Position numbers and translations under genes: made by a program | Notes under the pieces: generated by a model | Databases searched by the model: none | What the model was told of the DNA's origin: nothing | Seen by the model: only the letters and a program-made list of their open reading frames with translations | Source: an uncultured Candidatus Sumerlaeota bacterium | GTDB lineage: Bacteria; Sumerlaeota; Sumerlaeia; UBA8349 | Assembly: GCA_942493245.1 (NCBI GenBank) | Contig: OW818685.1 | Span: 4,066,040-4,130,039 of the forward strand | Length of the DNA: 64,000 nt | Direction: 5' to 3' | Shown: one piece after another, positions 36,182 to 45,086 of the stretch | Layout: each line of letters starts with the position of its first letter | Position numbering within the stretch: position 1 is the stretch's first letter

Positions 36182-37816
36182 TTGCGACGCGCGAAGGTCA
36201 CATCGGAATGGATTCGGTGTCGGGCGGATCGGGCCGCCGTGCGGGAGGGTTGCTGGTTCGATCCGAAGGAGGGACAGCGGGTTTGCGGGTGGATCGAGGC
36301 GAATTGTACGCTTCGGCACGGGGATTTTGCGGGAAAACCGCTGCGTTTGCAGGCCTGGCAGAAGGATTTTGTGATGCGTCTGTTCGGGTGGAAGCGTCCG
36401 AACGGGCTTCGGCGGTTCCGCCGGGCGTTGATGTTTGTGCCGAAAAAGAACGGAAAAACGACGCTGCTGGCGGCGATTGCGTTGTATGGGCTGTTTGGGG
36501 ACGGGGAAATGTCGCCGGAGGTGTACGTGATCGCGTCGAAGTTGTCCCAGGGAAAGCAGTTGTGGACGGAAGCGGTCTCGATGGCGCGGAGAAACCCGTT
36601 GATGGACGCCGAGGCTTACCCATTCGAGTCGGAGTTGTCGATCAAGGTGCCGTACACGGACGGTTTGTTTCAGGTGGTTTCGCCGCGATCCGTGCAGACG
36701 GAAGATGGCAAGAACGTCTCGATGGCGATCCTGGATGAGTACCACGCGCAGTCGAATCAGGAGGTGCTGGACATTCTGCTGCACGGAACGGCGGCACGGA
36801 AGCAGCCGTTGACGGTGATTATTTCGACCGCGGGCGAAAATGAGGACTGTCCTCTGGCCAAAGAGGTGGAGCGGGCAAAGGATCAGTTGTCGGAAACGTC
36901 GGATTCGATGTGCGATACGGGCTGGTTGACGGTGATTTATGAGGCGCCAGAGGGTTGGGCGTGGGATGACCCGAAGACCTGGTCGGCTGCGAATCCGTCG
37001 TATGGGTACACGGTTTACCCGGAGTATTATCGGGACATCGTGATGCAGTGCGACACGAAGGCGAAGCGGGCGAACTTCGAGCGGAAGCACCTGAACCGGT
37101 TTTCGGCGGGAAGTCTCAAGTGGTTGGATGTGCTTCTGTGGGATCGGATGGCGGACCCGGAGTTGTGCGCGAACGACTTCGAGGCGCTGCGGACGGTGCC
37201 GTGCTGGGGCGGGCTGGATTTGTCGAGCACGTCGGACTTTACGGCCTGGGCGTTGTTTTTCAAAATTTCGGAGGGACAGTATGCCGTTCGGGTGCGGTTT
37301 TTTCTGCCGGAGGATAACGTGGCGGAGTTGCAGGAGCGGACGAAACGACCGTTGACGGATTGGGTGCAGGACTGGCAGATCGAGACGACGCCGGGGAACG
37401 TGATTGATTACCGGTTCATTCGGGAGGCGATCCTGGAGGACTCGAAGCGTTTCAATTTGCAGGAGACGGGTTTCGATCCGTGGCACGCAACGCAGACGGC
37501 TGTGGAGTTGCAGGAGGCGGGCGTGACGATGGTGGAGGTGCGGCAGGGTTGGCAGACGATGAATCCGGTGTGCATGTGGACGGAGACGCTGGTGGGAAAG
37601 GGTCAGATCGCGCATGTGGGGTCGCGTGTGATGCGTTGGAACATCGATGCGGTGCGGGTGAAGGTGGGGGAAGGCGGGGAGATGCGTCCGCAAAAGGTGA
37701 AGCGGGAGGAGAGTATCGCGCGGATTGACGGGGTGGTGGCGATGCTGACGGCGATGTCGCGGGCGCAGTGCGCTGCCTCGACGAAAACGGTTGACTTCAA
37801 GGTGAGGGCGTTGTGA
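36182..37816 (+). CDS. terL: Terminase large subunit
   Basis: PKKNGKT Walker A, ILDEYH Walker B, ISTAG, GLDLSSTSD, FDPW, IDGVVA. Confidence 0.95.
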   Translation: MRRAKVTSEWIRCRADRAAVREGCWFDPKEGQRVCGWIEANCTLRHGDFAGKPLRLQAWQKDFVMRLFGWKRPNGLRRFRRALMFVPKKNGKTTLLAAIALYGLFGDGEMSPEVYVIASKLSQGKQLWTEAVSMARRNPLMDAEAYPFESELSIKVPYTDGLFQVVSPRSVQTEDGKNVSMAILDEYHAQSNQEVLDILLHGTAARKQPLTVIISTAGENEDCPLAKEVERAKDQLSETSDSMCDTGWLTVIYEAPEGWAWDDPKTWSAANPSYGYTVYPEYYRDIVMQCDTKAKRANFERKHLNRFSAGSLKWLDVLLWDRMADPELCANDFEALRTVPCWGGLDLSSTSDFTAWALFFKISEGQYAVRVRFFLPEDNVAELQERTKRPLTDWVQDWQIETTPGNVIDYRFIREAILEDSKRFNLQETGFDPWHATQTAVELQEAGVTMVEVRQGWQTMNPVCMWTETLVGKGQIAHVGSRVMRWNIDAVRVKVGEGGEMRPQKVKREESIARIDGVVAMLTAMSRAQCAASTKTVDFKVRAL

Positions 37817-37953
37817 TGGATCCGAAGACTCGGATTTTCTGGATGGCGGTGCGGCAGGCGTTACTGGCTTTGCTGGCGGCGCTGGAGTGTTATCTGGGGA
37901 TCGAGCGGAGCCGGGAGGGGCGGAAGGATAAGATGGGGGTGCGGGAGTTGTGA
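37816..37953 (+). CDS. Small hypothetical protein (45 aa), not in ORF track
   Basis: ATG overlaps terL TGA; MDPKTRIFWMAVRQALLALLAALECYLGIERSREGRKDKMGVREL. Confidence 0.5.
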   Translation: MDPKTRIFWMAVRQALLALLAALECYLGIERSREGRKDKMGVREL

Positions 37954-37956
37954 GGA

Positions 37957-38121
37957 AATTGATAATTGACAATGGATAATGGACAATGAACCGCAACCGC
38001 AGGGGACACCACCAAGACACCAAGACACCAAGGAGCGCAAAAACCAAAGGCTCACGCAAAGGCGCGGAGACGCAAAGAACCGCAACCGATTCAACCACGA
38101 AAAACACGAAAAACACGAAAT
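37957..38121 (+). repeat. Composite spacer containing 7-bp, 8-bp (two types) and 9-bp modules
   Basis: AATTGATAATTGACAATGGATAATGGACAATG; CCACCAAGACACCAAGACACCAAG; ACGCAAAGGCGCGGAGACGCAAAG; ACCACGAAAAACACGAAAAACACGAAA. Confidence 0.9.
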
Positions 38122-38244
38122 TGGGTGTTGACAAGGGAGCGGGGTTGGGTGTAGGGGTTTTAATGACAGTGTGATTTGCCCACCGTCGCCCAATATGTGC
38201 GCCAGCGTGAGTTGTCCAGCGGCGCGTGATGACCAGGAGTCGTC

Positions 38245-39666
38245 ATGCGCCGTTTTTCTTTTACTTCCTCCTCCTCAAATTCAGCCGGATCTGGTTTTTT
38301 ATCGGGGATTTCCCGAGCGATTGGCCGCGTGTTCGAGCGTGGGGCGACGATTGCTCAGATTGTGGCGATGTCGGATGAGGATTTTATCGGGCGTCGTTCG
38401 ACGAAAAGCGCGTCGGGTGTGGCTGTTACGGAAGAGAGTTCACTGGGTCTTCCGGCGATTTTGTGCGCGATTCGGACGTTTTCTGAGCGTCTGGGGTCGC
38501 TGCCGTTTGTTTTGTACGAGCGCACGGATCAGGGGAAAGAGCGGGCGGAGTCGCATCCGCTGTATGAGATTTTGCACGACGAACCGAATCCGATCGCGAC
38601 GGCGATGCACTTTGTTTCGAGTATGACGGGCCAGGCTTTGCTTTTCGGTAACGCTTACGCAGAGATCGAATGGGACACGCGGCGGGGTGAGGTGGTGGCG
38701 CTGTGGCCGTTGTGGAATTCGCAGGTGACGGCGAAGTGTTCGGCTGACGGGCGGACGATCTGGTACGAGGTGAAGGACACGCCGGAAGGCTCGGTGCGGG
38801 TGTTGTCGTTCGAGCGGGTGTTTCATTTGCCGGGTTTTGGGTTGGGTAATTTTCTGGGGTTGATGCCGATTGAGGTTTGCCGGGACGCGGTGGGGCTGGG
38901 GTTGGCTTTGCAGCGTTTTGCGGGGGCTTTTTTTGGGAATGGGGCGTGGCCGGGGGGTGTGGTGACGACTCCGGACGGGGTTGTTTTGTCGGACGAAAAG
39001 TACGACGAGTTGAAGCGTCAGTTGGATGAGGTTCACAAGGGGGCTGAGAACTCGCATCAGTCCATCTTGCTCGAGGGCGGGCTGAAGATGGAGAAGATGT
39101 CGGCGAATCCGGCGGAGTCGCAGTCGCTGGAGAGTCGGCAGTTTTCCGTGCTGGATGTGGCACGGATTTTCGGGATTCCGCCGCACCTGCTGATGGATCT
39201 GACGCACTCGACGAAGAGCAATATCGAGGCGCAGGGGCTTGAATTTAAGGAGTCTTTGCAGCCGTGGGGCGAGCGTTGGAAAAAGGCGGTTCGGAAGTAT
39301 CTGCTGCTGCCAGGGGAAAAGAAGACATATTTTGCCGAGTTCCTCTGGGAGTCGATGGTTCAGACGGATGTGAATGCGCGTTATGAGGCGTACTCGAAGG
39401 CGCGCCAGTGGGGCTGGATGTGCGTGGATGAGATTCGTGCGCGCGAGAACCTGAACGTGCTTCCGGACCAATTGGGCCAGCGTTACCTGGAGGCGGAGAA
39501 CATGATCGAGGTGGGCGCGGCTCGGAAGCAGGACGCGGCGGAGCCGCAGCCGGACCCGCAACCGAACACAGACGGAACCACGAAAGACACGAAAGACACG
39601 AAAACCGCAGGGGATGAAGTGGACGGAGCGGACCAGGTGGACGCTGCGGAGGGGGATGAAGAATGA
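38245..39666 (+). CDS. Portal protein, HK97 family
   Basis: LHDEPNP, LLFGNAY, ILLEGGLK, VARIFGIPPHLL, EIRARENL. Confidence 0.95.
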   Translation: MRRFSFTSSSSNSAGSGFLSGISRAIGRVFERGATIAQIVAMSDEDFIGRRSTKSASGVAVTEESSLGLPAILCAIRTFSERLGSLPFVLYERTDQGKERAESHPLYEILHDEPNPIATAMHFVSSMTGQALLFGNAYAEIEWDTRRGEVVALWPLWNSQVTAKCSADGRTIWYEVKDTPEGSVRVLSFERVFHLPGFGLGNFLGLMPIEVCRDAVGLGLALQRFAGAFFGNGAWPGGVVTTPDGVVLSDEKYDELKRQLDEVHKGAENSHQSILLEGGLKMEKMSANPAESQSLESRQFSVLDVARIFGIPPHLLMDLTHSTKSNIEAQGLEFKESLQPWGERWKKAVRKYLLLPGEKKTYFAEFLWESMVQTDVNARYEAYSKARQWGWMCVDEIRARENLNVLPDQLGQRYLEAENMIEVGAARKQDAAEPQPDPQPNTDGTTKDTKDTKTAGDEVDGADQVDAAEGDEE

Positions 39667-40397
39667 GACCGTTTGAGATTCGCACGTTTGGCGAGGGTTT
39701 GGGTGTTCCGCAGGTGGAAGGTCGGCGGATTCGCGGGGATGCCTCGGTACCCAATGTGATTTATGACATGGGCGGGTTGTATCGCGAGGTCGTTCGGCCT
39801 GGGGCTTTCATGAAGACGCTTCGGGAGTCGGAGGACTTGAAGGTTTTGTGGATGCACGACCAGGCGATGCTGTTGGGCCGGACGGGAAATCGCGAGGGCG
39901 AGCCGGGTTTTGCTCGGATCTGGGAGGATGACCTGGGGTTGCATTACGACGTTCCGGACGTGGGCGAGCGTCAGTGGGCGCTGGACGCGGTGGAAACGGT
40001 GCGGATGGGCCTGACGAAGGGGTCGTCTATCGGGATGTATGTGATCAAGGAGCGGTGGAACCAGGAGCAGGGGAAGTTGCCGTTGCGGGAGTTGCTGGAG
40101 GTGAAACTGGATCATGTTTCGCCGGTGGGCGATCCGGCGAATCCGAAGACGTGCGCGGATGTACGTGAGGAGATGCGGTCGGTGGTGAACCGGAACGTGG
40201 TCCCGGAGGAGATACGGAAACAACTCGATGCGATGCTGTCTGAGCCGGACAGCGATCACTCGCCAGCCGATGGGGAGTCCCTTCGCGAGGGGCAACCGAT
40301 CACTGAGGAGCCGGTCGCGGGGAACCACTCGACGGAGGAGCGCGAGGCGGCGATAGAGGTCTGGCGGCGGCGGATGCTGCTGAAGGCGATGGCGTGA
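39663..40397 (+). CDS. Prohead maturation protease, HK97 family
   Basis: YREVVRPGAF, WMHD, EDDLGL, GSSIG, LDHVSPV..PANP. Confidence 0.9.
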   Translation: MRPFEIRTFGEGLGVPQVEGRRIRGDASVPNVIYDMGGLYREVVRPGAFMKTLRESEDLKVLWMHDQAMLLGRTGNREGEPGFARIWEDDLGLHYDVPDVGERQWALDAVETVRMGLTKGSSIGMYVIKERWNQEQGKLPLRELLEVKLDHVSPVGDPANPKTCADVREEMRSVVNRNVVPEEIRKQLDAMLSEPDSDHSPADGESLREGQPITEEPVAGNHSTEEREAAIEVWRRRMLLKAMA

Positions 40398-40434
40398 GAA
40401 TACCACGAAAGACACGGAAGAGGAGGAATAGGAA

Positions 40435-41724
40435 ATGAAGAGACTGAAAGAGTTGATGGAGAAGCGGAAGGGGCTGAGCCTGCAAATTCGGGCGCTGGCC
40501 GAGAAGGACGCGCCGACGCCGGAGGAGATGGCGGAGGCGGAGGGTCTGGTGCAGCAGCGTGAAGCACTGGATCGTCAGATGGCGCTGCTGGAGGCGGCTG
40601 AACCGGAGCCGCGCGGGGCCGGAGAGGGCTTCGAGGGCGGTGAGTTCTCGGTGGGGGAACGCCGGGAGGAACTGAAGCCGTTTGCGAACCTGGGCGAGGT
40701 GATGCTGGCGGTTCGTGGCGCGAGTGTGCGCGGGGGCGTGGTGGATGATCGCCTTCTGATGCAGACGCGCGCGGCAGGAGGGGCGAACACGCTGGTGCCG
40801 AGCCAGGGCGGTTTCGCGGTGCAGACGGACATTGCCGACTCGGTCGTGAAACGCGTGTACGAGGTGGCGCAGTTTGCTCCGAAGTGCCGTCGTGTGCGGA
40901 TCGGAAACGGTTCGAACGCCTTCGAGGAGATGGTGGTGGACGAGACGAGCCGCGCGACGGGTTCGCGTTATGGCGGGGTCCGGGCCTACTGGGCGAACGA
41001 GGCGGCCACGGTGACGGCCAGCAAGCCGAAACTGACAAAGCGGCGCATCGAGTTGGACAAGATCATGGCGTTCTACTACTCGACGGGGGAAGTGACGGCG
41101 GATGCCCAGGCGATGAACAGCGTGGCGATGCAGGCTGTTCCGGAAGAAATCGCCTTCGCGCTGGACGACGCGCTGTTCCGTGGAGACGGGGCCGGGAAGC
41201 CGCTGGGCATCCTGAACGCTTCCTCGCTGGTCCAGGTGGCGAAGGAAGGGAGCCAGACGGCGGACACGATCGTTGCGGCGAACGTGCAGAAGATGCGTCC
41301 GCGGATCTGGAGTCGCTCGAAGGCAAACGGCGAGTGGTACATCAATGGGGAGATCACGCCGCAGCTGGAGGCGATGTACATCGCCGCTGGCAGTGGGGGT
41401 TTCCCGATCTACATGCCTCCGAACGGTCTGAGCGGTTCGCCGTACGGGACGCTGTATGGGCGCCCGGTGGTGGAAACGGAGTACAACTCGGCTCTGGGCG
41501 ATCTGGGCGACATCGCGTTCCTGGACTGGAATGAGTACCTGCTGATCGACAAGGCCGAGGGTGTTCAGGGTTCGTCTTCGCTGCACGTGGAGTTCCTGAC
41601 GGATCAGGAGGTGTTCCGCTGGATCTACCGCGTGAACGGTCAGCCGAACTGGGCGAGCGCCCTGACGCCGTTCAAGGGGAGCGCGACGTTGTCGCCGTTC
41701 GTGACGCTGGCGGAGCGCGCGTGA
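40435..41724 (+). CDS. Major capsid protein, HK97 fold
   Basis: N-terminal coiled-coil delta domain, GGFAVQ, A.WANE, GDGAGKPLGIL, TLYGRPV. Confidence 0.93.
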   Translation: MKRLKELMEKRKGLSLQIRALAEKDAPTPEEMAEAEGLVQQREALDRQMALLEAAEPEPRGAGEGFEGGEFSVGERREELKPFANLGEVMLAVRGASVRGGVVDDRLLMQTRAAGGANTLVPSQGGFAVQTDIADSVVKRVYEVAQFAPKCRRVRIGNGSNAFEEMVVDETSRATGSRYGGVRAYWANEAATVTASKPKLTKRRIELDKIMAFYYSTGEVTADAQAMNSVAMQAVPEEIAFALDDALFRGDGAGKPLGILNASSLVQVAKEGSQTADTIVAANVQKMRPRIWSRSKANGEWYINGEITPQLEAMYIAAGSGGFPIYMPPNGLSGSPYGTLYGRPVVETEYNSALGDLGDIAFLDWNEYLLIDKAEGVQGSSSLHVEFLTDQEVFRWIYRVNGQPNWASALTPFKGSATLSPFVTLAERA

Positions 41725-41833
41725 TCGTAAGGCGGGCGGACTTTCGGGTCAGCCTGTAGGGGGAAATCTGAGGTTGTGAGTGGGGCCGCGCGCCAGGGGG
41801 CGGCGGTCCCACCATCAGAAAGGATGAGAGATC

Positions 41834-42307
41834 ATGGCAGGAATTATGGTGGCAGAGGAATGCAAGGTGGTCCATGCGTTGCCCGCCGTGGACATTGGCG
41901 GCTCGGCGAAGGCGTCGGACATTTTCGCGCTGAAGAACTACACGCACGCGACGATCCTGGTGAGTGTGGGGGCGATCGGCAACGACGCGACGATGACGGT
42001 GGAGGCGAGCGAAGACGCGTCCGGCACGGGAGCCGATGCGATCGCGTTCAATTACCACAAGGTGACGGCTGCGAACGGCGATACGCTGGGCGCGCGTACG
42101 GCTGCGACGGCGAGCGGGGTGACGATTGCCGCCGCGTCGGACGACAACAAGCACCTGGTGATCGAGATCGACGCGCGGGATCTTCCGGCGGATCATCCGT
42201 GGCTGTGCGTGAAGTTCACGAACGCGGCTGCGGCGCTGATCTGTGTGTTTGCGGTGCTGAGCGGCGCGCGGTACCAGGGTCTCGGATCGCCGTCGGCGAT
42301 TGCGTGA
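41834..42307 (+). CDS. Putative capsid decoration/structural protein
   Basis: Directly after capsid gene, beta-rich Ala-rich 157 aa. Confidence 0.65.
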   Translation: MAGIMVAEECKVVHALPAVDIGGSAKASDIFALKNYTHATILVSVGAIGNDATMTVEASEDASGTGADAIAFNYHKVTAANGDTLGARTAATASGVTIAAASDDNKHLVIEIDARDLPADHPWLCVKFTNAAAALICVFAVLSGARYQGLGSPSAIA

Positions 42308-42417
42308 TGTGGTGGCGAGGGGCCGGAGGAGGGGGAAGCGTGGGGTTTCCTCCTCCTCTGTGGGTGTGAAGAGATAGGACGAATAGGACCCAAGAGGACC
42401 CATAGGGGGAACGTTCA

Positions 42418-42714
42418 ATGCGCGTGAAACTGGTGAGGCCTTATAAGGCGCTGGGGCGGATGTGGCTGGCGGGGGAAGTGATTGATCTGCCGGAGCATCT
42501 GGCGCGGGCGTTGGAGTTGGAGGGGTCGGGGGCAATTGACAATGGACAATTGATAATTGAGAGCGGACCGAAACCACACGCGGGCGAGACGCCCACGCTC
42601 CCAGAGTTGGAGACGCCGGAGGATGGGCGGGTGGCGGTGGAGACGCCGGAGCGGGACAGGGTTGTCTCACGCAAAGGCGCCAAGACGCCAAGAACTGCGA
42701 ACCGCAAGCGATAA
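42418..42714 (+). CDS. Small head-region protein with repeat-derived C-terminal half
   Basis: MRVKLVRPY..GEVIDLPEHLARAL; tail encoded by 7-bp module, REP and 8-bp module. Confidence 0.6.
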   Translation: MRVKLVRPYKALGRMWLAGEVIDLPEHLARALELEGSGAIDNGQLIIESGPKPHAGETPTLPELETPEDGRVAVETPERDRVVSRKGAKTPRTANRKR

Positions 42715-42806
42715 GGCTCACGCGGAGGCGCGGAGACGCGGAGAACCGCAACCGCGCCAATCGGGAGATTGGCGGTCCCAGGCGGGACGGTCCCAGGGGG
42801 GAAACG

Positions 42807-43418
42807 ATGGGTTACACGGCGACGCAGATCGGGGGGGAGTGGGTTTACGCGACGGTGGCGGAGGTGTTGTCGTTCTGCGGGCTGGGGGATGTGACGTTGC
42901 CGCTGGAGGATCAATCGCTATTGGAGCGGATTATCCAGGCGAAGTCGCGTTCGATTGATGAGGCGTGTCGGCGGGTGTTTTTCGGTGAGACGGGGGCGAC
43001 GAAGGTTTATTCGGGGAACGACCGGCCTACCTTGACGGTGGACGATTTGTTGAGTGTGTCGTCGTTGACGGTGGATGGGGTGGCCTGGGCGCTGGGGACG
43101 GATTTCAAGTTGGCTCCGTTTCAGCGGAAGAATGGGTTCCCCTATACGGCTCTGGTGGCGCTGAACGGGCGGGTGTGGTCGAGCGAGCCGGGCGGGATTT
43201 CAGTGACGGGGAACTGGGGCTGGGCGGCGGCGCCGGTCGAGGTTCACCTGGCGTGTTTGAACCGCACGCGGACGGCCTGGGCGGCGCGGGATCATGACGC
43301 GAATTTGAAGACTTTGAGCACGGGGGATGTGCGGGTGGAGTTGGCGGAGCCTCGGACGTTGGCGGACCGGGAGTTTTTGCAGGTGGCGAAGTATGTGCGG
43401 CCGATCTGGCGGGGGTGA
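42807..43418 (+). CDS. Head-tail connector (gp6-like)
   Basis: YATVAEV, SRSIDEACRRVF, VTGNWGW..APVEVHLAC. Confidence 0.8.
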   Translation: MGYTATQIGGEWVYATVAEVLSFCGLGDVTLPLEDQSLLERIIQAKSRSIDEACRRVFFGETGATKVYSGNDRPTLTVDDLLSVSSLTVDGVAWALGTDFKLAPFQRKNGFPYTALVALNGRVWSSEPGGISVTGNWGWAAAPVEVHLACLNRTRTAWAARDHDANLKTLSTGDVRVELAEPRTLADREFLQVAKYVRPIWRG

Positions 43419-43420
43419 GG

Positions 43421-43660
43421 GGAACCGATAACCGCGTCTCACGCAAAGGCGCGAAGACGCAAAAAACCGAAGAACCGCAACCGATCACGGGCGAGACGCC
43501 CATGCCACAACCGCAACCGCAGAGGAACCACGGAAAACTGCGAAATACACGGAAACTGCAACCGATCACGGGCGAGACGCCCGTGCCACAACCACAACCG
43601 ACAGGGAACCACGAAAGACACGAAGGACACGAAAACTGCAACCGATAACCGCAGGGCGAA
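43421..43660 (+). repeat. Largest composite spacer: 8-bp module, two REP copies, two 9-bp modules, AACCGCAACCGAT linkers
   Basis: REP at 43486-43508 and 43567-43589; ACCACGGAA-type and ACCACGAAA-type triplets. Confidence 0.9.
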
Positions 43661-43686
43661 ACTGAAACTGATAGGGGGAAAATGGG

Positions 43687-43992
43687 ATGGCGACGGATAC
43701 TTTGGGTTTGGCTTTTGTGAATGGGACTTTGAGGCCGGTGTCGGATGAACTGGCGGCGATGCGTCGTCGTTTGCAGAGCATCATGGATGCCTGGTATGCG
43801 CAGCAGTTGATCGGGCATATCACGGCGTCGGATGCGGCGTTGGCGGATGGCTCGCCTGCGGACGGGCGTCCGGCGATCACGGGGAATCAGGCGATCACGC
43901 TGGTGAGCAACATTGGGACGATTTTGACGGCGCTGAACACGGCTAAGGATGTGATTCTGGCTGTGTCTCCGAATCCGACGTTGAGAGGGTGA
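43687..43992 (+). CDS. Hypothetical virion-region protein (101 aa)
   Basis: ORF between spacer and next gene, SD GGGGA upstream. Confidence 0.7.
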   Translation: MATDTLGLAFVNGTLRPVSDELAAMRRRLQSIMDAWYAQQLIGHITASDAALADGSPADGRPAITGNQAITLVSNIGTILTALNTAKDVILAVSPNPTLRG

Positions 43993-43996
43993 GATT

Positions 43997-45085
43997 GTGG
44001 CCAAGTATTGCGCGCACGATGCCGACGGGAGCGGGGATGGATCGTTTGCGAGTCCGTGGACGCTGGATCAGGCGTTGGCGAGCCTTACAAATAGTGACAC
44101 CTTATACCTGCTCAACACGGGCACGTATGCCTTGACGGGCGCTACTAGGTCTTTCACGAATGTGGGGACTGGTTATCAACCGTTGCGTATAGTTGGTGTT
44201 TCAGCAGATGGAACGACTCCGGAAGTCGCGACAATCAGCGGCGAATCAATGAACGCATCGAGTGATATTTTATATTCAAACGTCACGAGTATCTTTCTTT
44301 TTGTAAACGTTCGCCTGACATCTGCTCAGCGGTATGGGATTAACCAGGGATCTGGAGGCGGGATAGGCTTTTCGTTCTTTAATTCGCAAATAGATTCATG
44401 CCTGAGCCACGGAGTGTATGCGGCCAATAGCAGCGGTTCGTTTTATTTTGAACGGTGTCGTTTAAACAACAATGGTGGGTGCGGTTATGCCGTAACCTCA
44501 TCGTCGCGAGGGCGAATGGCCGCTGTTGATTCGTCATTTGACGGGAATGCATCACACGGGGTTTATGATTCGAATGGGACCTCGTTTGGGGTGCAGCGGC
44601 CATCTCTGTTTCGGTGTATCGTCGCGAGGAATGGCGGAGATGGTTTGCGGTTGTACACGGCGACAGACTCAAATTATGGCTTGCGGCTGCTCAACAATAC
44701 GTTTGCCTGTAATGCCGGTGACGGCGTGAATGTGTTGGGTGCGCAGGGCGATCTATTTTTCAATTTAAACATCTTCAAAGACAATGGGGCATACGCTATT
44801 CGGTTGAATTCAGCAACGCTGGATCGGGTGAATGCGTTCAACTATAACTGTGCGCATGGGAACACATCGGGGTTGACGGACATCAACAGTGGGACACTTC
44901 CTGGGATTGGGAACATTTCATCCGATCCGCGTTTTGCGGTGTTGTCGGATGGGAGTGACTATTTTTCTCCACGAAATTCAGACCTTCTGGTCGGTTTCGA
45001 TTTTCCGTATGGAGGGAAATCTCATTTATGGATGGGCGCGGTTCAGCCGTGTCCGAGTCAAATTGCGCGGGTGAGGATGGGTTGA
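43997..45085 (+). CDS. Right-handed parallel beta-helix protein
   Basis: Repeating (N)NGGxG / FxxCxxxxN turns; AT-richer than flanks. Confidence 0.8.
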   Translation: MAKYCAHDADGSGDGSFASPWTLDQALASLTNSDTLYLLNTGTYALTGATRSFTNVGTGYQPLRIVGVSADGTTPEVATISGESMNASSDILYSNVTSIFLFVNVRLTSAQRYGINQGSGGGIGFSFFNSQIDSCLSHGVYAANSSGSFYFERCRLNNNGGCGYAVTSSSRGRMAAVDSSFDGNASHGVYDSNGTSFGVQRPSLFRCIVARNGGDGLRLYTATDSNYGLRLLNNTFACNAGDGVNVLGAQGDLFFNLNIFKDNGAYAIRLNSATLDRVNAFNYNCAHGNTSGLTDINSGTLPGIGNISSDPRFAVLSDGSDYFSPRNSDLLVGFDFPYGGKSHLWMGAVQPCPSQIARVRMG

Positions 45086-45086
45086 G

